Shown one piece after another: positions 9,385 through 18,184 of a DNA stretch of 64,000 nucleotides. The notes beneath the pieces were generated by a model. The model was not told the origin of the DNA. It saw nothing but the letters and a program-made list of their open reading frames with translations, and searched no databases. A program made the position numbers and the translations under genes. The DNA is from an uncultured Candidatus Rokubacteria bacterium. Its GTDB lineage: Bacteria; Methylomirabilota; Methylomirabilia; Rokubacteriales; DASRDR01. Positions within the stretch are counted from its first letter, which is position 1; every line of letters starts with the position of its first letter. The stretch spans positions 288,001 through 352,000 of the forward strand of contig CAVPSB010000002.1 in assembly GCA_963708025.1 (NCBI GenBank), read 5' to 3'.

Positions 9385-10688
9385 GGCGGCCCCGCTGGCT
9401 CGCCGCCCTGAGCGGGCTCCTGTCGGCGCTGGCCCTGTCGGTCGCGGCGCCCGCGGCCGCCGCGCCGCCGGCCGAGACGTGCCCCGCCTGTCACCTGGCG
9501 ATCGGCGACGAGCGGCTGACGGCTCCGGTCAAGGCCTTCGCCGAGGACATCCATGCCGCGAAGGGGTTCGGCTGCGTCGCCTGCCACGGGGGCGACGGCA
9601 AGGACCCGGGCATGGAGGCGATGGATCGGGCGAAGGGGTACATCGGCAAGCCGGATCGCCGGCAGATCGTCCAGGTCTGCGGCCGGTGTCACGCCGATGC
9701 CCGGTTCATGAAGCAATACAACCCGGCGCTCCGCGTGGACCAGGTGGCCGAGTATGCGACCTCCGTCCACGGGCGCCGGCTGCGGGAGCTCGGTGATCCC
9801 AGGGTCGCGGTCTGCACGAGCTGCCACCCGGCCCACTCGATCCGGCCCCCGTCGGACCCGAAGTCGAGCGTTCATCCGGTCCAGGTCGCGGAGACGTGCG
9901 GGCGCTGTCACGCGGACCCGAAGCACATGGCCGGCTACAAGATCCCGACCGACCAGGTCCAGAAGTACAAGGCGAGCGTCCACTGGGCGGCGATGTCGGT
10001 GAAGGGCGACCTCTCGGCGCCGACGTGCAACGACTGTCACGGGAACCACGGGGCGGCGCCCCCGGGGATGTCGTGGGTGGGCAACGTCTGCGGCCAGTGC
10101 CACACCGTGATGGCGGACCTGTACGCCCGGAGCGCCCACGCGACGGTCTTCGCCCAGATGGGGGTCCCCGGCTGCGCGACCTGCCACGAGAACCACGCGA
10201 TCGAGGCGGCCAGCGACGAGCGGCTGGGGACCGGGGACAAGGCGGTCTGCGCCGGCTGTCACACCGCCGAGGACCCCGGCGGGAAGGCGGCGACCGAGAT
10301 GCGCCGGCAGATCGACTCGCTCGCCGGCGAGCACGAGCGGGCCCGCGCGATCCTGGCGAAGGCGGAGCAGTCCGGCATGGAGGTGAGCCAGGCGCAGTTC
10401 GACCTCAACGGCGCCAAGGACGCGCTGGTCAAGGCCCGGGCCGCCGTGCACGCGTTCAGGCCGGAGGCGGTGACGCGGGAGACGGAGCCCGGGCTGGCGA
10501 TCGGCAGCAAGGCGTATGCGCGCGGCGTTCGGGCCCTCGAGGAGCTCGCCTTCCGCCGGAAGGGACTGGCGGTCTCGGTCGTGATCATCCTGGCCCTGAT
10601 CGGGGGCCTCGTGCTGAAGATCCGGCAGCTCGAGCGCGGCCGGCCGGAGCCCGGCTCCGGGGGAGGGGAGCGGCCCGATGTGTTGTGA
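9381..10688 (+). CDS. Nonaheme cytochrome c with C-terminal membrane anchor
   Basis: ATG 9381 overlaps the upstream stop; signal peptide; 9 CxxCH; helical stalk and C-terminal TM LAVSVVIILALIGGLVL. Confidence 0.9.
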   Translation: MRRPRWLAALSGLLSALALSVAAPAAAAPPAETCPACHLAIGDERLTAPVKAFAEDIHAAKGFGCVACHGGDGKDPGMEAMDRAKGYIGKPDRRQIVQVCGRCHADARFMKQYNPALRVDQVAEYATSVHGRRLRELGDPRVAVCTSCHPAHSIRPPSDPKSSVHPVQVAETCGRCHADPKHMAGYKIPTDQVQKYKASVHWAAMSVKGDLSAPTCNDCHGNHGAAPPGMSWVGNVCGQCHTVMADLYARSAHATVFAQMGVPGCATCHENHAIEAASDERLGTGDKAVCAGCHTAEDPGGKAATEMRRQIDSLAGEHERARAILAKAEQSGMEVSQAQFDLNGAKDALVKARAAVHAFRPEAVTRETEPGLAIGSKAYARGVRALEELAFRRKGLAVSVVIILALIGGLVLKIRQLERGRPEPGSGGGERPDVL

Positions 10689-11136
10689 CCCGACGGTCGC
10701 GGTCGAGCCGAGCCGGCGGAGCTTCGTCAACTGGTTCCTCGGCACCAGCGCGGGGGCCTTCCTGCTGGCGGTCGCCTATCCCCTGACCCGGTACCTGGTC
10801 CCGCCCCAGGTCGCGGAGTCCACGGCCGGCAGCGTGACCCTCGCGATCGAGGCCGACCAGGTGAAGCCGAACACCGGGCAGATCTTCAAGTTCGGCAGCC
10901 GGCCGGCCATTCTCGTCCGGACGCCGGCCGGGGAGCTGCGGGCCTTCTCGGCCGTGTGCACGCATCTGAACTGCACCGTCCAGTACCGGCCGGACCTCAG
11001 CCACATCTGGTGCGCCTGCCACAACGGCCACTTCGACCTGAGCGGCCGGAACATCGCGGGCCCGCCCCCGCGACCGCTCGACGCGCTGGTCGTCAACGCG
11101 CGGGGCAAGCAGATCGTGGTGAGCAAGGGCGCCTGA
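10678..11136 (+). CDS. Rieske 2Fe-2S subunit of a cytochrome bc-type complex
   Basis: Tat motif SRRSFV; CTHLNC and CACHNGHF boxes; GPPPRPL. Confidence 0.95.
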   Translation: MCCDPTVAVEPSRRSFVNWFLGTSAGAFLLAVAYPLTRYLVPPQVAESTAGSVTLAIEADQVKPNTGQIFKFGSRPAILVRTPAGELRAFSAVCTHLNCTVQYRPDLSHIWCACHNGHFDLSGRNIAGPPPRPLDALVVNARGKQIVVSKGA

Positions 11137-11141
11137 GCCCC

Positions 11142-12245
11142 ATGAGCGCCGGCGTGGTTGGAGCGAAGCACGGCCGCCTCTGGCGCTGGCTCGACGAGCG
11201 CGTCGGGCTGGCCGAGATGGAGAAGCTCGCCCGGAAGAAGCAGGTCCCGGTTCACCGGCACACCATCTGGTACTACTTCGGCGGGATGACCCTCTTCCTG
11301 TTCCTGGTCCAGGTGACGACCGGCATCCTGCTCCTCCTCTACTACCGGCCCAGCGCCGAGGAGGCATACGAGTCGGTGCAGTTCCTGATGACGGAGGTGC
11401 AGTTCGGCTGGCTCGTCCGGTCCATCCACGCGTGGGCGGCAAACCTCATGGTCCTCACCCTCTTCGTCCATCTCTTCAGCGTGCTGCTGCTGGCCGTGTA
11501 CCGCCGGCCCCGCGAGCTCACGTGGGCCTCGGGCGTCGGCCTGATGGGCCTCGCCCTCGGCTTCGGGTTCACGGGATACCTCCTCCCGTGGAACGAGCTG
11601 TCGTACTTCGCGACCAAGGTGGGCACGGAGATCACGGGCGCCGTCCCCCTGGTGGGGGGGTTCCTCCGACGCCTGCTGCGGGGCGGGGACGAGGTGACCG
11701 GCGCCACCCTGACGCGATTCTACGGGATCCACGTCGCCGTCCTTCCGGCGCTGACCACACTGCTCCTCGGCCTCCACCTCTTCCTGGTCCAGAAGCACGG
11801 GATGAGCGTCCCACCCGGCGTGGCGCGGCGGGGCGGGGCCGGGCGGAGCATGCCGTTCTTCCCCAACTTCCTGCTGCGGGACCTCGTGGGCTGGCTCTCG
11901 GCCCTGGCGGTCCTGGCCGCCCTGGCGGCGTACCTCCCGGCCGAGCTGGGCCGGAAGGCCGATCCGTTCGCCGCGGCCCCGGCGGGCATCAAGCCGGAGT
12001 GGTACTTCATGTTCATGTTCCAGACGCTGAAGTACCTCCCGAGCTACATCCTCGGCGTCGAGGGCGAGATCGTCGGGGTCGTCGGCTTCGGCCTCGGGGG
12101 CCTCTTCCTCCTGCTGGTGCCGTTCCTGGATCGACGGGCCGGGCGCGGCGAGCCCAATCGGCTGTTCATCGCGATCGGCCTCGCGATCATCGCCTACATG
12201 CTCGTGCTGACCTACCTCGGCTACGTGGCGAGCCCGACGAAGTGA
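11142..12245 (+). CDS. Cytochrome b subunit of a bc-type complex
   Basis: [34 protein letters not shown], and the Qo-site KPEWY motif; start ATG 11142. Confidence 0.95.
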   Translation: MSAGVVGAKHGRLWRWLDERVGLAEMEKLARKKQVPVHRHTIWYYFGGMTLFLFLVQVTTGILLLLYYRPSAEEAYESVQFLMTEVQFGWLVRSIHAWAANLMVLTLFVHLFSVLLLAVYRRPRELTWASGVGLMGLALGFGFTGYLLPWNELSYFATKVGTEITGAVPLVGGFLRRLLRGGDEVTGATLTRFYGIHVAVLPALTTLLLGLHLFLVQKHGMSVPPGVARRGGAGRSMPFFPNFLLRDLVGWLSALAVLAALAAYLPAELGRKADPFAAAPAGIKPEWYFMFMFQTLKYLPSYILGVEGEIVGVVGFGLGGLFLLLVPFLDRRAGRGEPNRLFIAIGLAIIAYMLVLTYLGYVASPTK

Positions 12246-12917
12246 CCACGCGAGGACCGCTCGGCGCGCTCCTGCTGGGCGCGACCCTGGGCGCCGCCGT
12301 GCTCGCCGCCGCCGCCCGGGCCGCCGAGCCGCCGGGGGACGCCGGGCGCGGGGCCGCGGTCTTCACGGCGAAGGGCTGCGGGCGCTGCCATCTCCCGAGC
12401 GACCGGGGGCCGGGATGGGGCCGGCCCTCGGCGAGGTCCGGCGACCCCAGGGGATGCTGGAGCTGACCGGCCGGCTGTGGAATCACGCGCCGGCCATGTT
12501 CGCGGCGTTCGAGACAGCAGGGGCTCCCGTGGCCCGGGATGACGCGCGAGGAGATGGCCGACCTGGCCGCCTACCTCCAGGCCGATCCGACCCGCGATCC
12601 CAGGCCGGATCTCTTCCAGGGCCGCGTCACGCTGGTCCGCAAGGGCTGTCTCAAGTGTCACACCCTCCGGGGGGAGGGCGGCTCGGCGGCGATCGAGCTG
12701 TCGACGTATCATGGGCGCTACGAGTCGCCCGTGACCTGGGCCACGACCGTCTGGAACCACGCCCCCCGCATGGCGGCCGTCGCCTCCCGGCTCGAGCGTG
12801 CTCTATCCGCGCTTCTCCGGAGACGAGATGGCGCACCTCTTCCGCTTCCTGCAGAGCGCCGCCGCCACGGCGGGGGCGGATCGGGGGGGTCTTCCGCGAC
12901 CCCCCCGAGGGATCTAG
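12242..12917 (+). CDS. Diheme cytochrome c of the same WNH-repeat family, frameshifted in this assembly
   Basis: GTG overlaps the cytochrome b stop; signal peptide, [30 protein letters not shown]. The frame switches near 12412, 12522 and 12795; TAG at 12915-12917. Confidence 0.75.
12881..12908. repeat. Solo copy of the REP-like hairpin
   Basis: TCGGGGGGGTC-TTCCGC-GACCCCCCCGA, related to the hairpins at about 43050, 52215, 63045 and 63290. Confidence 0.6.
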
Positions 12918-12919
12918 AC

Positions 12920-13291
12920 GTGGCAACGGCTCGCCGGGTCCGCCTCGTCCTCGCTGCCGGCCTCGCCCTGGCGTCCGGGGTCGCGGCCGGTGTCCTGGCC
13001 GCCGCCCCGGCGGTGCCGCCGGTGACGATCCCGCCCGACTTCGTGCTCCCCAAGGCCGAGAGCAGCCCGGGCCCGGTTCCCTTCAGTCACGCGAAGCACC
13101 TCCCGAAGGTGGAGAAGTGCACCCGGTGCCACATGCGCGGCTTCAAGCTCGGGCTCGGCCAGTCGGGGCCGATCACGCTGGAGGCGCTGATGCAGGGCAA
13201 GTTCTGCGGAGCCTGCCACGACGGGAAGACGACGATGGCGGGGAGCGTCGTCTTCCCGATCGACGCGTGCGACCGGTGCCATCCCTCGTGA
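12920..13291 (+). CDS. c7-type triheme cytochrome
   Basis: GTG 12920; signal peptide; VPFSHAKH, CTRCH, MQGKFCGACHDG, CDRCH. Confidence 0.88.
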   Translation: MATARRVRLVLAAGLALASGVAAGVLAAAPAVPPVTIPPDFVLPKAESSPGPVPFSHAKHLPKVEKCTRCHMRGFKLGLGQSGPITLEALMQGKFCGACHDGKTTMAGSVVFPIDACDRCHPS

Positions 13292-13319
13292 GCGCGCCCG
13301 TCGCCCCGGGTGAGCCGGC

Positions 13320-14222
13320 ATGACCGAGCCCGAGGAGGGCCAGGTCCGCCGCCGGCCCCATGCTGACCACCGCCGCCGCCGGCTCGTCCTCGTCGTCCTG
13401 GGCGGGCTCCTCGTCGTGGGAGCCGTCGGGCTGGCCGGACTCTGGCAGGTGAGCGCGAGCCCGCAGTTCTGCAATTCGTGCCACATCATGGAGCCCTACG
13501 TCCAGGCCTGGAAGGTCTCCAAGCACGCCGCCGTCGCCTGCGTCGACTGCCACTATCCCCCCGGCCTCCGGGACACGCTGTGGGTGAAGTACCAGGCGAT
13601 CAGCCAGGTCGCGAAGTGGGCGACCCGGACGTACAGCTCCAAGCCCTTCGCGGAGGTCGAGGACGCGAGCTGCCTCCGCTCGGGCTGCCACGCCCTGGCC
13701 CGGCTCGAGAGCAAGGGCCCCGCCGAGTTCAAGCGCGGCGTGCGGTTCGACCACCGCCCGCATCTGGCCGCGGAGAAGATGGGTCGCGCGCTCCGGTGCA
13801 CGAGCTGCCACTCGCAGATCGTGGTGGAGAAGCACTTCGAGGTGGACCAGCGGAGCTGCTTCCTCTGCCACTTCAAGGGCACGAAGCACGGACGGGAGCT
13901 GACCCCGATCGCCGGCTGCACTGGCTGTCACCAGCCGCCGTCGGGTGACATCCTCGTCGGGTCAATCCGGTTCAACCACCAGGAGGTCGTGGGCCGCGGC
14001 GTCGCCTGCGAGAAGTGCCACCTGCGCGTCGTCGAGGGGGACGGGGAGGCGCCCCGCGAGCGGTGCCTCTCCTGCCACAACCAGCCCGAGAAGCTCCAGC
14101 GCTTCGAGGACCGGGCGCTCGTCCACGCCGTCCACGTCGCGCGCCACACGATCGACTGCAGCCGCTGTCACGGCGAGATCCGGCATCGGCTGCCACCCCC
14201 CATCGGGCTCCCGGCGTCATGA
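13320..14222 (+). CDS. NapC/NirT-like membrane-anchored multiheme cytochrome (8 CxxCH + 1 CX4CH)
   Basis: N-terminal TM helix, SPQFCNSCHIM, CVDCH, CLRSGCH and six further CxxCH. Confidence 0.88.
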   Translation: MTEPEEGQVRRRPHADHRRRRLVLVVLGGLLVVGAVGLAGLWQVSASPQFCNSCHIMEPYVQAWKVSKHAAVACVDCHYPPGLRDTLWVKYQAISQVAKWATRTYSSKPFAEVEDASCLRSGCHALARLESKGPAEFKRGVRFDHRPHLAAEKMGRALRCTSCHSQIVVEKHFEVDQRSCFLCHFKGTKHGRELTPIAGCTGCHQPPSGDILVGSIRFNHQEVVGRGVACEKCHLRVVEGDGEAPRERCLSCHNQPEKLQRFEDRALVHAVHVARHTIDCSRCHGEIRHRLPPPIGLPAS

Positions 14223-15556
14223 GGCCCGCCCCCGCGCTCCTCATCCTGATCCTGCTCGCCGCCGCCAGCTCGATCGGCGCCCAGGGCGTGCGCCCGCCCG
14301 AGCCGCCGGGGGCCCGGACCGGGGCCCCGGCGCCGGCGCCTCCGGCGGCGGTCCACCGCCCCGGCGAGCTCGACTGCCAGAACTGTCATCAGGGCAAGCA
14401 CCAGGGCGTGGTGCGGATGTACCTCGGGATGGGCGGGCGGGGAACGCCCATGATCCCGAGCCACATGGTCCAGGTGCGGGTCGAGTGCGCGGCCTGTCAC
14501 ATCGCGCCGAAGGAAGAGGAGCTCTGGGCCGGCATCGTCGGCCAGACGTTCCGGCCGAGCGAGCAGGCGTGCATCGGCTGCCACGGGGAGAAGTATCGCG
14601 GAATGCTGGGGCGGTGGGCGAGCACGCTGGTCCGGATGCAGGAGCTCCTGGCCCCCAAGCTGGCGGCGGCCCGGGGCGCGGTCGGCGCCGGCGACCCGAA
14701 GGACCCGAAGCGGGTGCGCGCGGGCCGGCTCCTGGACGACGCCGAGTTCAACAGCCGCTTCGTCGCGCTGGCCAGAGGCGTGCACAACGTCTTCTATGCC
14801 GCCGACCTGCTGAAGCTCGCGAACGGCTGGGTCGAGGAAGCGGCCGTGCTGGCGGGCAAGCCGGTCGTCCGGGGCGACGACACGCTCATCCGCGGGGGCT
14901 ACTGCGCCGTCCTCTGCCACGAGCAGGCCGGCGTGAAGCTGAAGGACACGGTCACCTTCGCCGACCGGAAGCTGCCGCACGCCCGGCACACGACGGAGTT
15001 CGGCGCGGTGTGCACGAGCTGTCACTCGGCCGAGGTCCACAAGGCGGTGACCGCCACCCCCGCGGCCTGTACCGCCTGTCACCACGGCCCGCAGAACGAC
15101 CGGTGCGAGGGCTGCCACCGCGCCCAGAGCGCCTTCTACCGGGGCCAGGCGCGCACCGACCACGGGCCCGTCGCGCCGAACCTGATGGCGGAGGCCGTGC
15201 CGTGCACCGGCTGTCACGATCTCGCGCGCAAGCACTCGCGAGCGGCGGTCGGGGAGAGGTGCCGGGCTTGCCACGAGCCGCCCTACCTGGCGCTGCTCGG
15301 CGAGTGGACGGTCGGGTTCGACCGGGACGCCGGGCGGGCGACCGCGGCGCTCCAGCGGGCGGAGGCGGCGCTCGCGAGCGCCCGGAAGGCCGGCCGGCCG
15401 ACCGGCGAGGGGGAGGCGCTCGTGAAGGAGGCCCGGCGGGCGCTGGCCCTCGTCCGCGGCGCCCGGGGCGCCCACAACCCGCTGGCCGCCGACGCGCTGC
15501 TCGAGGGCGCCCGGCAGAAGGCCGAGGCGGCGCTGGCGATGGTGGGACGGAAGTGA
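14219..15556 (+). CDS. Multiheme cytochrome c (8 CxxCH + 1 CX3CH)
   Basis: ATG 14219 overlaps the upstream stop; signal peptide; two heme clusters, each followed by a helical segment with GVHN/GAHN. Confidence 0.87.
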   Translation: MRPAPALLILILLAAASSIGAQGVRPPEPPGARTGAPAPAPPAAVHRPGELDCQNCHQGKHQGVVRMYLGMGGRGTPMIPSHMVQVRVECAACHIAPKEEELWAGIVGQTFRPSEQACIGCHGEKYRGMLGRWASTLVRMQELLAPKLAAARGAVGAGDPKDPKRVRAGRLLDDAEFNSRFVALARGVHNVFYAADLLKLANGWVEEAAVLAGKPVVRGDDTLIRGGYCAVLCHEQAGVKLKDTVTFADRKLPHARHTTEFGAVCTSCHSAEVHKAVTATPAACTACHHGPQNDRCEGCHRAQSAFYRGQARTDHGPVAPNLMAEAVPCTGCHDLARKHSRAAVGERCRACHEPPYLALLGEWTVGFDRDAGRATAALQRAEAALASARKAGRPTGEGEALVKEARRALALVRGARGAHNPLAADALLEGARQKAEAALAMVGRK

Positions 15557-16416
15557 GCCGCCGGCGCCGCGAGGAGCGCGCGCGGCAGGAGGCAGCCCTC
15601 CTCCAGGCGGGGCGCCCGCAGTGGCTGGTCGCCGCGCTGAGCGCGGTCGGGCTGGCGGTCGCCGGGTACCTGGCGGTGACGAAGCTCGCGGGCGGCGGCG
15701 CCCTGTTCTGCCGGGGCGTCGGCGGCTGCGAGGTGGTGCAGCAGAGCCGCTACGCGACCTTCCTGGGGCTGCCCACCGCGGCCTGGGGCGCCTTCGTCTA
15801 CGCGGCCGTCGGGGGCCTGGCCCTCGCCGGCCTCGCCCCCTGGCGCTGGCTCGCGGCCTTCGCGCTGGCGGCGGCGGCCGTCGCCTTCTCCGGCTACCTG
15901 ACCTACCTGGAGCTGTTCGTCATCGGGGCGGTCTGCTGGTACTGCGTGGTGTCGGCGGCGACGGCCACGGCGGTCCTGGGCGTGCTGCTCGGGCGCCGGC
16001 CGCCGAGCGGGCGGCACGGCCCGACCGCGCCGGCCCGGGTCGTGGGGGTGGGAGGGGCGTCGGCGCTGGGCGCCGTGGTGCTCGGCATCGCGGTCTTCGC
16101 CGCGACCGCCCCCGGCGGCGCCCCCGGCTACCAGGAAGCCCTCGCCCGCCACCTCGCCCAGAGCGGCGCGGTCATGTACGGCGCCTTCTGGTGACCCGCC
16201 TGCAAGGAGCAAAAGGCCCGGTTCGGGCCTGCCGCCGACCTCCTCCCCTACGTCGAGTGCGACCCGCGCGGATCCGGGGCGCGGCCCGACCTGTGCCAGC
16301 GCGTCGGCGTCCGCGGCTATCCGACCTGGACGGTCGGCGGGGAGCGCCTCGAAGGCGTCCTGTCCCTCGATCGCCTGGCCGAGCTCTCCCGCTACCAGCC
16401 CCCCGCGGGTCACTGA
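15553..16416 (+). CDS. VKOR-thioredoxin-like fusion, predicted selenoprotein (UGA 16192-16194 = Sec)
   Basis: GTG overlaps the upstream stop. VKOR motifs CRGVGGC..SRYATFLGLP..CWYC, then MYGAFW-[TGA]-PACKEQKARFG..YVECDP..CQRVGVRGYPTW..TGA 16414-16416. The internal TGA replaces the first Cys of WCxxC. Confidence 0.88.
16209..16232 (+). promoter_or_regulatory. Candidate bacterial SECIS hairpin
   Basis: GC-AAA-AGGCCCG[GTT]CGGGCCT-GC; the loop begins with G, 25-26 nt after the UGA. Confidence 0.7.
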
Positions 16417-16526
16417 CCCCGGGGGGCCGGAAGCTCTTCTTGGTGTAAGCTAGGACGGCAGCGACCGGGAGGATCGGCCTCCCGGCCGCGCGCCGAGCTC
16501 GACGCTTTCGAAGGAGGAGCATCGGG

Positions 16527-16898
16527 ATGACACGAGGAATCCGTGCGGGAGTCGTCGTGGCCGCCGCCGTTGGCGTGGTGTCCCTGACCGTCGGGTTCGC
16601 GGCCGGCCAGGCCAAGGGGGACGCGAAGGCCGGCGAGCCCGTGTACAAGGCGAAGTGCGTCACCTGTCACGGCGCGGCCGGCAACGGCGACACCCCGGCC
16701 GGGAAGGCGCTGAACCCGAAGCCGCGGGACTGGACGAAGGGCGACGGGCTCGACCTCACCGACCAGCAGCTCTTCGACTCGATCAAGAAGGGGGGCGCGG
16801 CGGTCGGGCGGGGGAAGACGATGATCGCCTTCCCGACCCTGTCGGACACCGAGGTCTGGAATCTCGTCGCCTACGTCAAGTCGCTGAAGAAGTCCTGA
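16527..16898 (+). CDS. Monoheme cytochrome c, close paralog of 7821..8189
   Basis: AAGGAGG RBS; CVTCHGAAG..DWTKG..MIAFP shared with the 7821 gene. Confidence 0.92.
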   Translation: MTRGIRAGVVVAAAVGVVSLTVGFAAGQAKGDAKAGEPVYKAKCVTCHGAAGNGDTPAGKALNPKPRDWTKGDGLDLTDQQLFDSIKKGGAAVGRGKTMIAFPTLSDTEVWNLVAYVKSLKKS

Positions 16899-17071
16899 GC
16901 GGAGGCTCGGCGCAGGCCGGCGCGGGCGCGGGGGGGTCAGCGGGCCGAGGCCGCGTTCACCCCCGCGCCCGCCGCGGCGAGCCGGGCCGCCCGCAACCGG
17001 CCCACGAGCCGCCTATCCGGGGTTTCCGGAGACGCGCTCGCAGTCCGACCAGCGGGGGCGTCCGCCCTCGG

Positions 17072-17281
17072 CTACAGCAGTTCCTTGGCGCGGAGGTCCG
17101 CCAGCACCGCACCCGCCAGGAGCGCGAGCGCGACCAGGAAGAGCGCCTGGCCCAGGAACATGAAGATCGTGAAGGCGGTCGGCATGTTCCGCACGAGCAC
17201 GACGAGCGCCATCACGTCGAAGACGGCGGTCAAGAGGATCGCGAGCTGCAGCGCGCGGACGCGGCGTGGCTGTCCGGTCAT
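17072..17281 (-). CDS. Small two-TM membrane protein
   Basis: ATG overlaps the stop of the NapC-like gene (ATGA); two hydrophobic helices. Confidence 0.7.
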   Translation of the reverse strand: MTGQPRRVRALQLAILLTAVFDVMALVVLVRNMPTAFTIFMFLGQALFLVALALLAGAVLADLRAKELL

Positions 17282-17982
17282 CGGGAGGCCGCCTGCTTCG
17301 GCTCCGGATGGGCCGGGGCATGACAGCTCAGACAGGGGATCGTGTCGTTCACCATGTTGGGCACCAGCTCTGTTGGGTGTCCCGGCGAGTTGAGGAACTT
17401 CTGCGAGGCCCCGTGGCAGCCCAGGCAGCGCAGGCTCGGGTAGGGGTGCGCGATCTTGATCGGCAGCGTGTACGAGCCGATCAGGGACCGCCACACGTGA
17501 CCGAGGCCCGCCAGCTTCGCACCGAGCGTCCCCGTGAGCCCGTAGTCGGAATGACACGTGTAGCAGTGCTTGTCCTGGATGTACCGGTTCTTGAAGTGCG
17601 TGGCCGCCAGGGTGGCGCTCTGAGGGTTCCGGAGGTCCGCGACGAAGGGGGTCATGACGTGGCAGCCGCCACACGAGTTGACGGTGGACGAGCTCTCCAG
17701 GCCGGAGGCGAACGACAGGAAGGCCACCATCATGGGAACCAGGCCGACGGCCACCAGGAGCCACCCGCGCGCGGTGGGGGTCAGCCCGGACCGGCGCAGG
17801 GTGCGCCAGGCCACCGCGAGCAGCGCCAGGTTGAAGAGTGCGAAGACGATCCCCAGCCCCTGGAGCCACTGGTCGGTCGTCCCGATCCAGCCGCGGGGGA
17901 GGGGAACGGCGTCCTCGGCCGCGACCGCGGCGAGGGGCGCCAGCAGCACTAGGAAGGGGGCGGCCAGGGCGGTCCCGTTCAT
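17278..17982 (-). CDS. NapC/NirT (CymA-like) tetraheme quinol-interacting cytochrome with extra N-terminal TM helices
   Basis: GGAGGAG RBS, ATG 17982; CGGCHVM, CYTCH, CLGCH, CLSCH after the TM segments. Confidence 0.82.
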   Translation of the reverse strand: MNGTALAAPFLVLLAPLAAVAAEDAVPLPRGWIGTTDQWLQGLGIVFALFNLALLAVAWRTLRRSGLTPTARGWLLVAVGLVPMMVAFLSFASGLESSSTVNSCGGCHVMTPFVADLRNPQSATLAATHFKNRYIQDKHCYTCHSDYGLTGTLGAKLAGLGHVWRSLIGSYTLPIKIAHPYPSLRCLGCHGASQKFLNSPGHPTELVPNMVNDTIPCLSCHAPAHPEPKQAASR

Positions 17983-18101
17983 ACGCGCTCCTCCGGAAGT
18001 TCGATCGGTCCCGGGGATTATGGCGGAGCGGCGGCCGGTCTGGCAACTCCCGGCTCCGCGGCTCCCGGGCCTGGGGGTCCCGGGATAGTGCATTTTCCTC
18101 A

Positions 18102-18130
18102 TTGACGCGCCGGGACCCCGGTCCTAGTAT
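18102..18130 (+). promoter_or_regulatory. Sigma-70-type promoter of the mtrAB-like pair
   Basis: TTGACG-N17-TAGTAT. Confidence 0.6.
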
Positions 18131-18184
18131 CGGCACCAATCCAGCGCAGTCGTTCCTCCGACGGAACCAGGGAGGACCCCGAGC

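Noticed and set aside
9381-15556. Assigning the multiheme proteins as NrfA, HAO or octaheme reductases
   Set aside because: No CxxCK motif or recognisable catalytic signature; heme counts and spacing do not support a specific enzyme.
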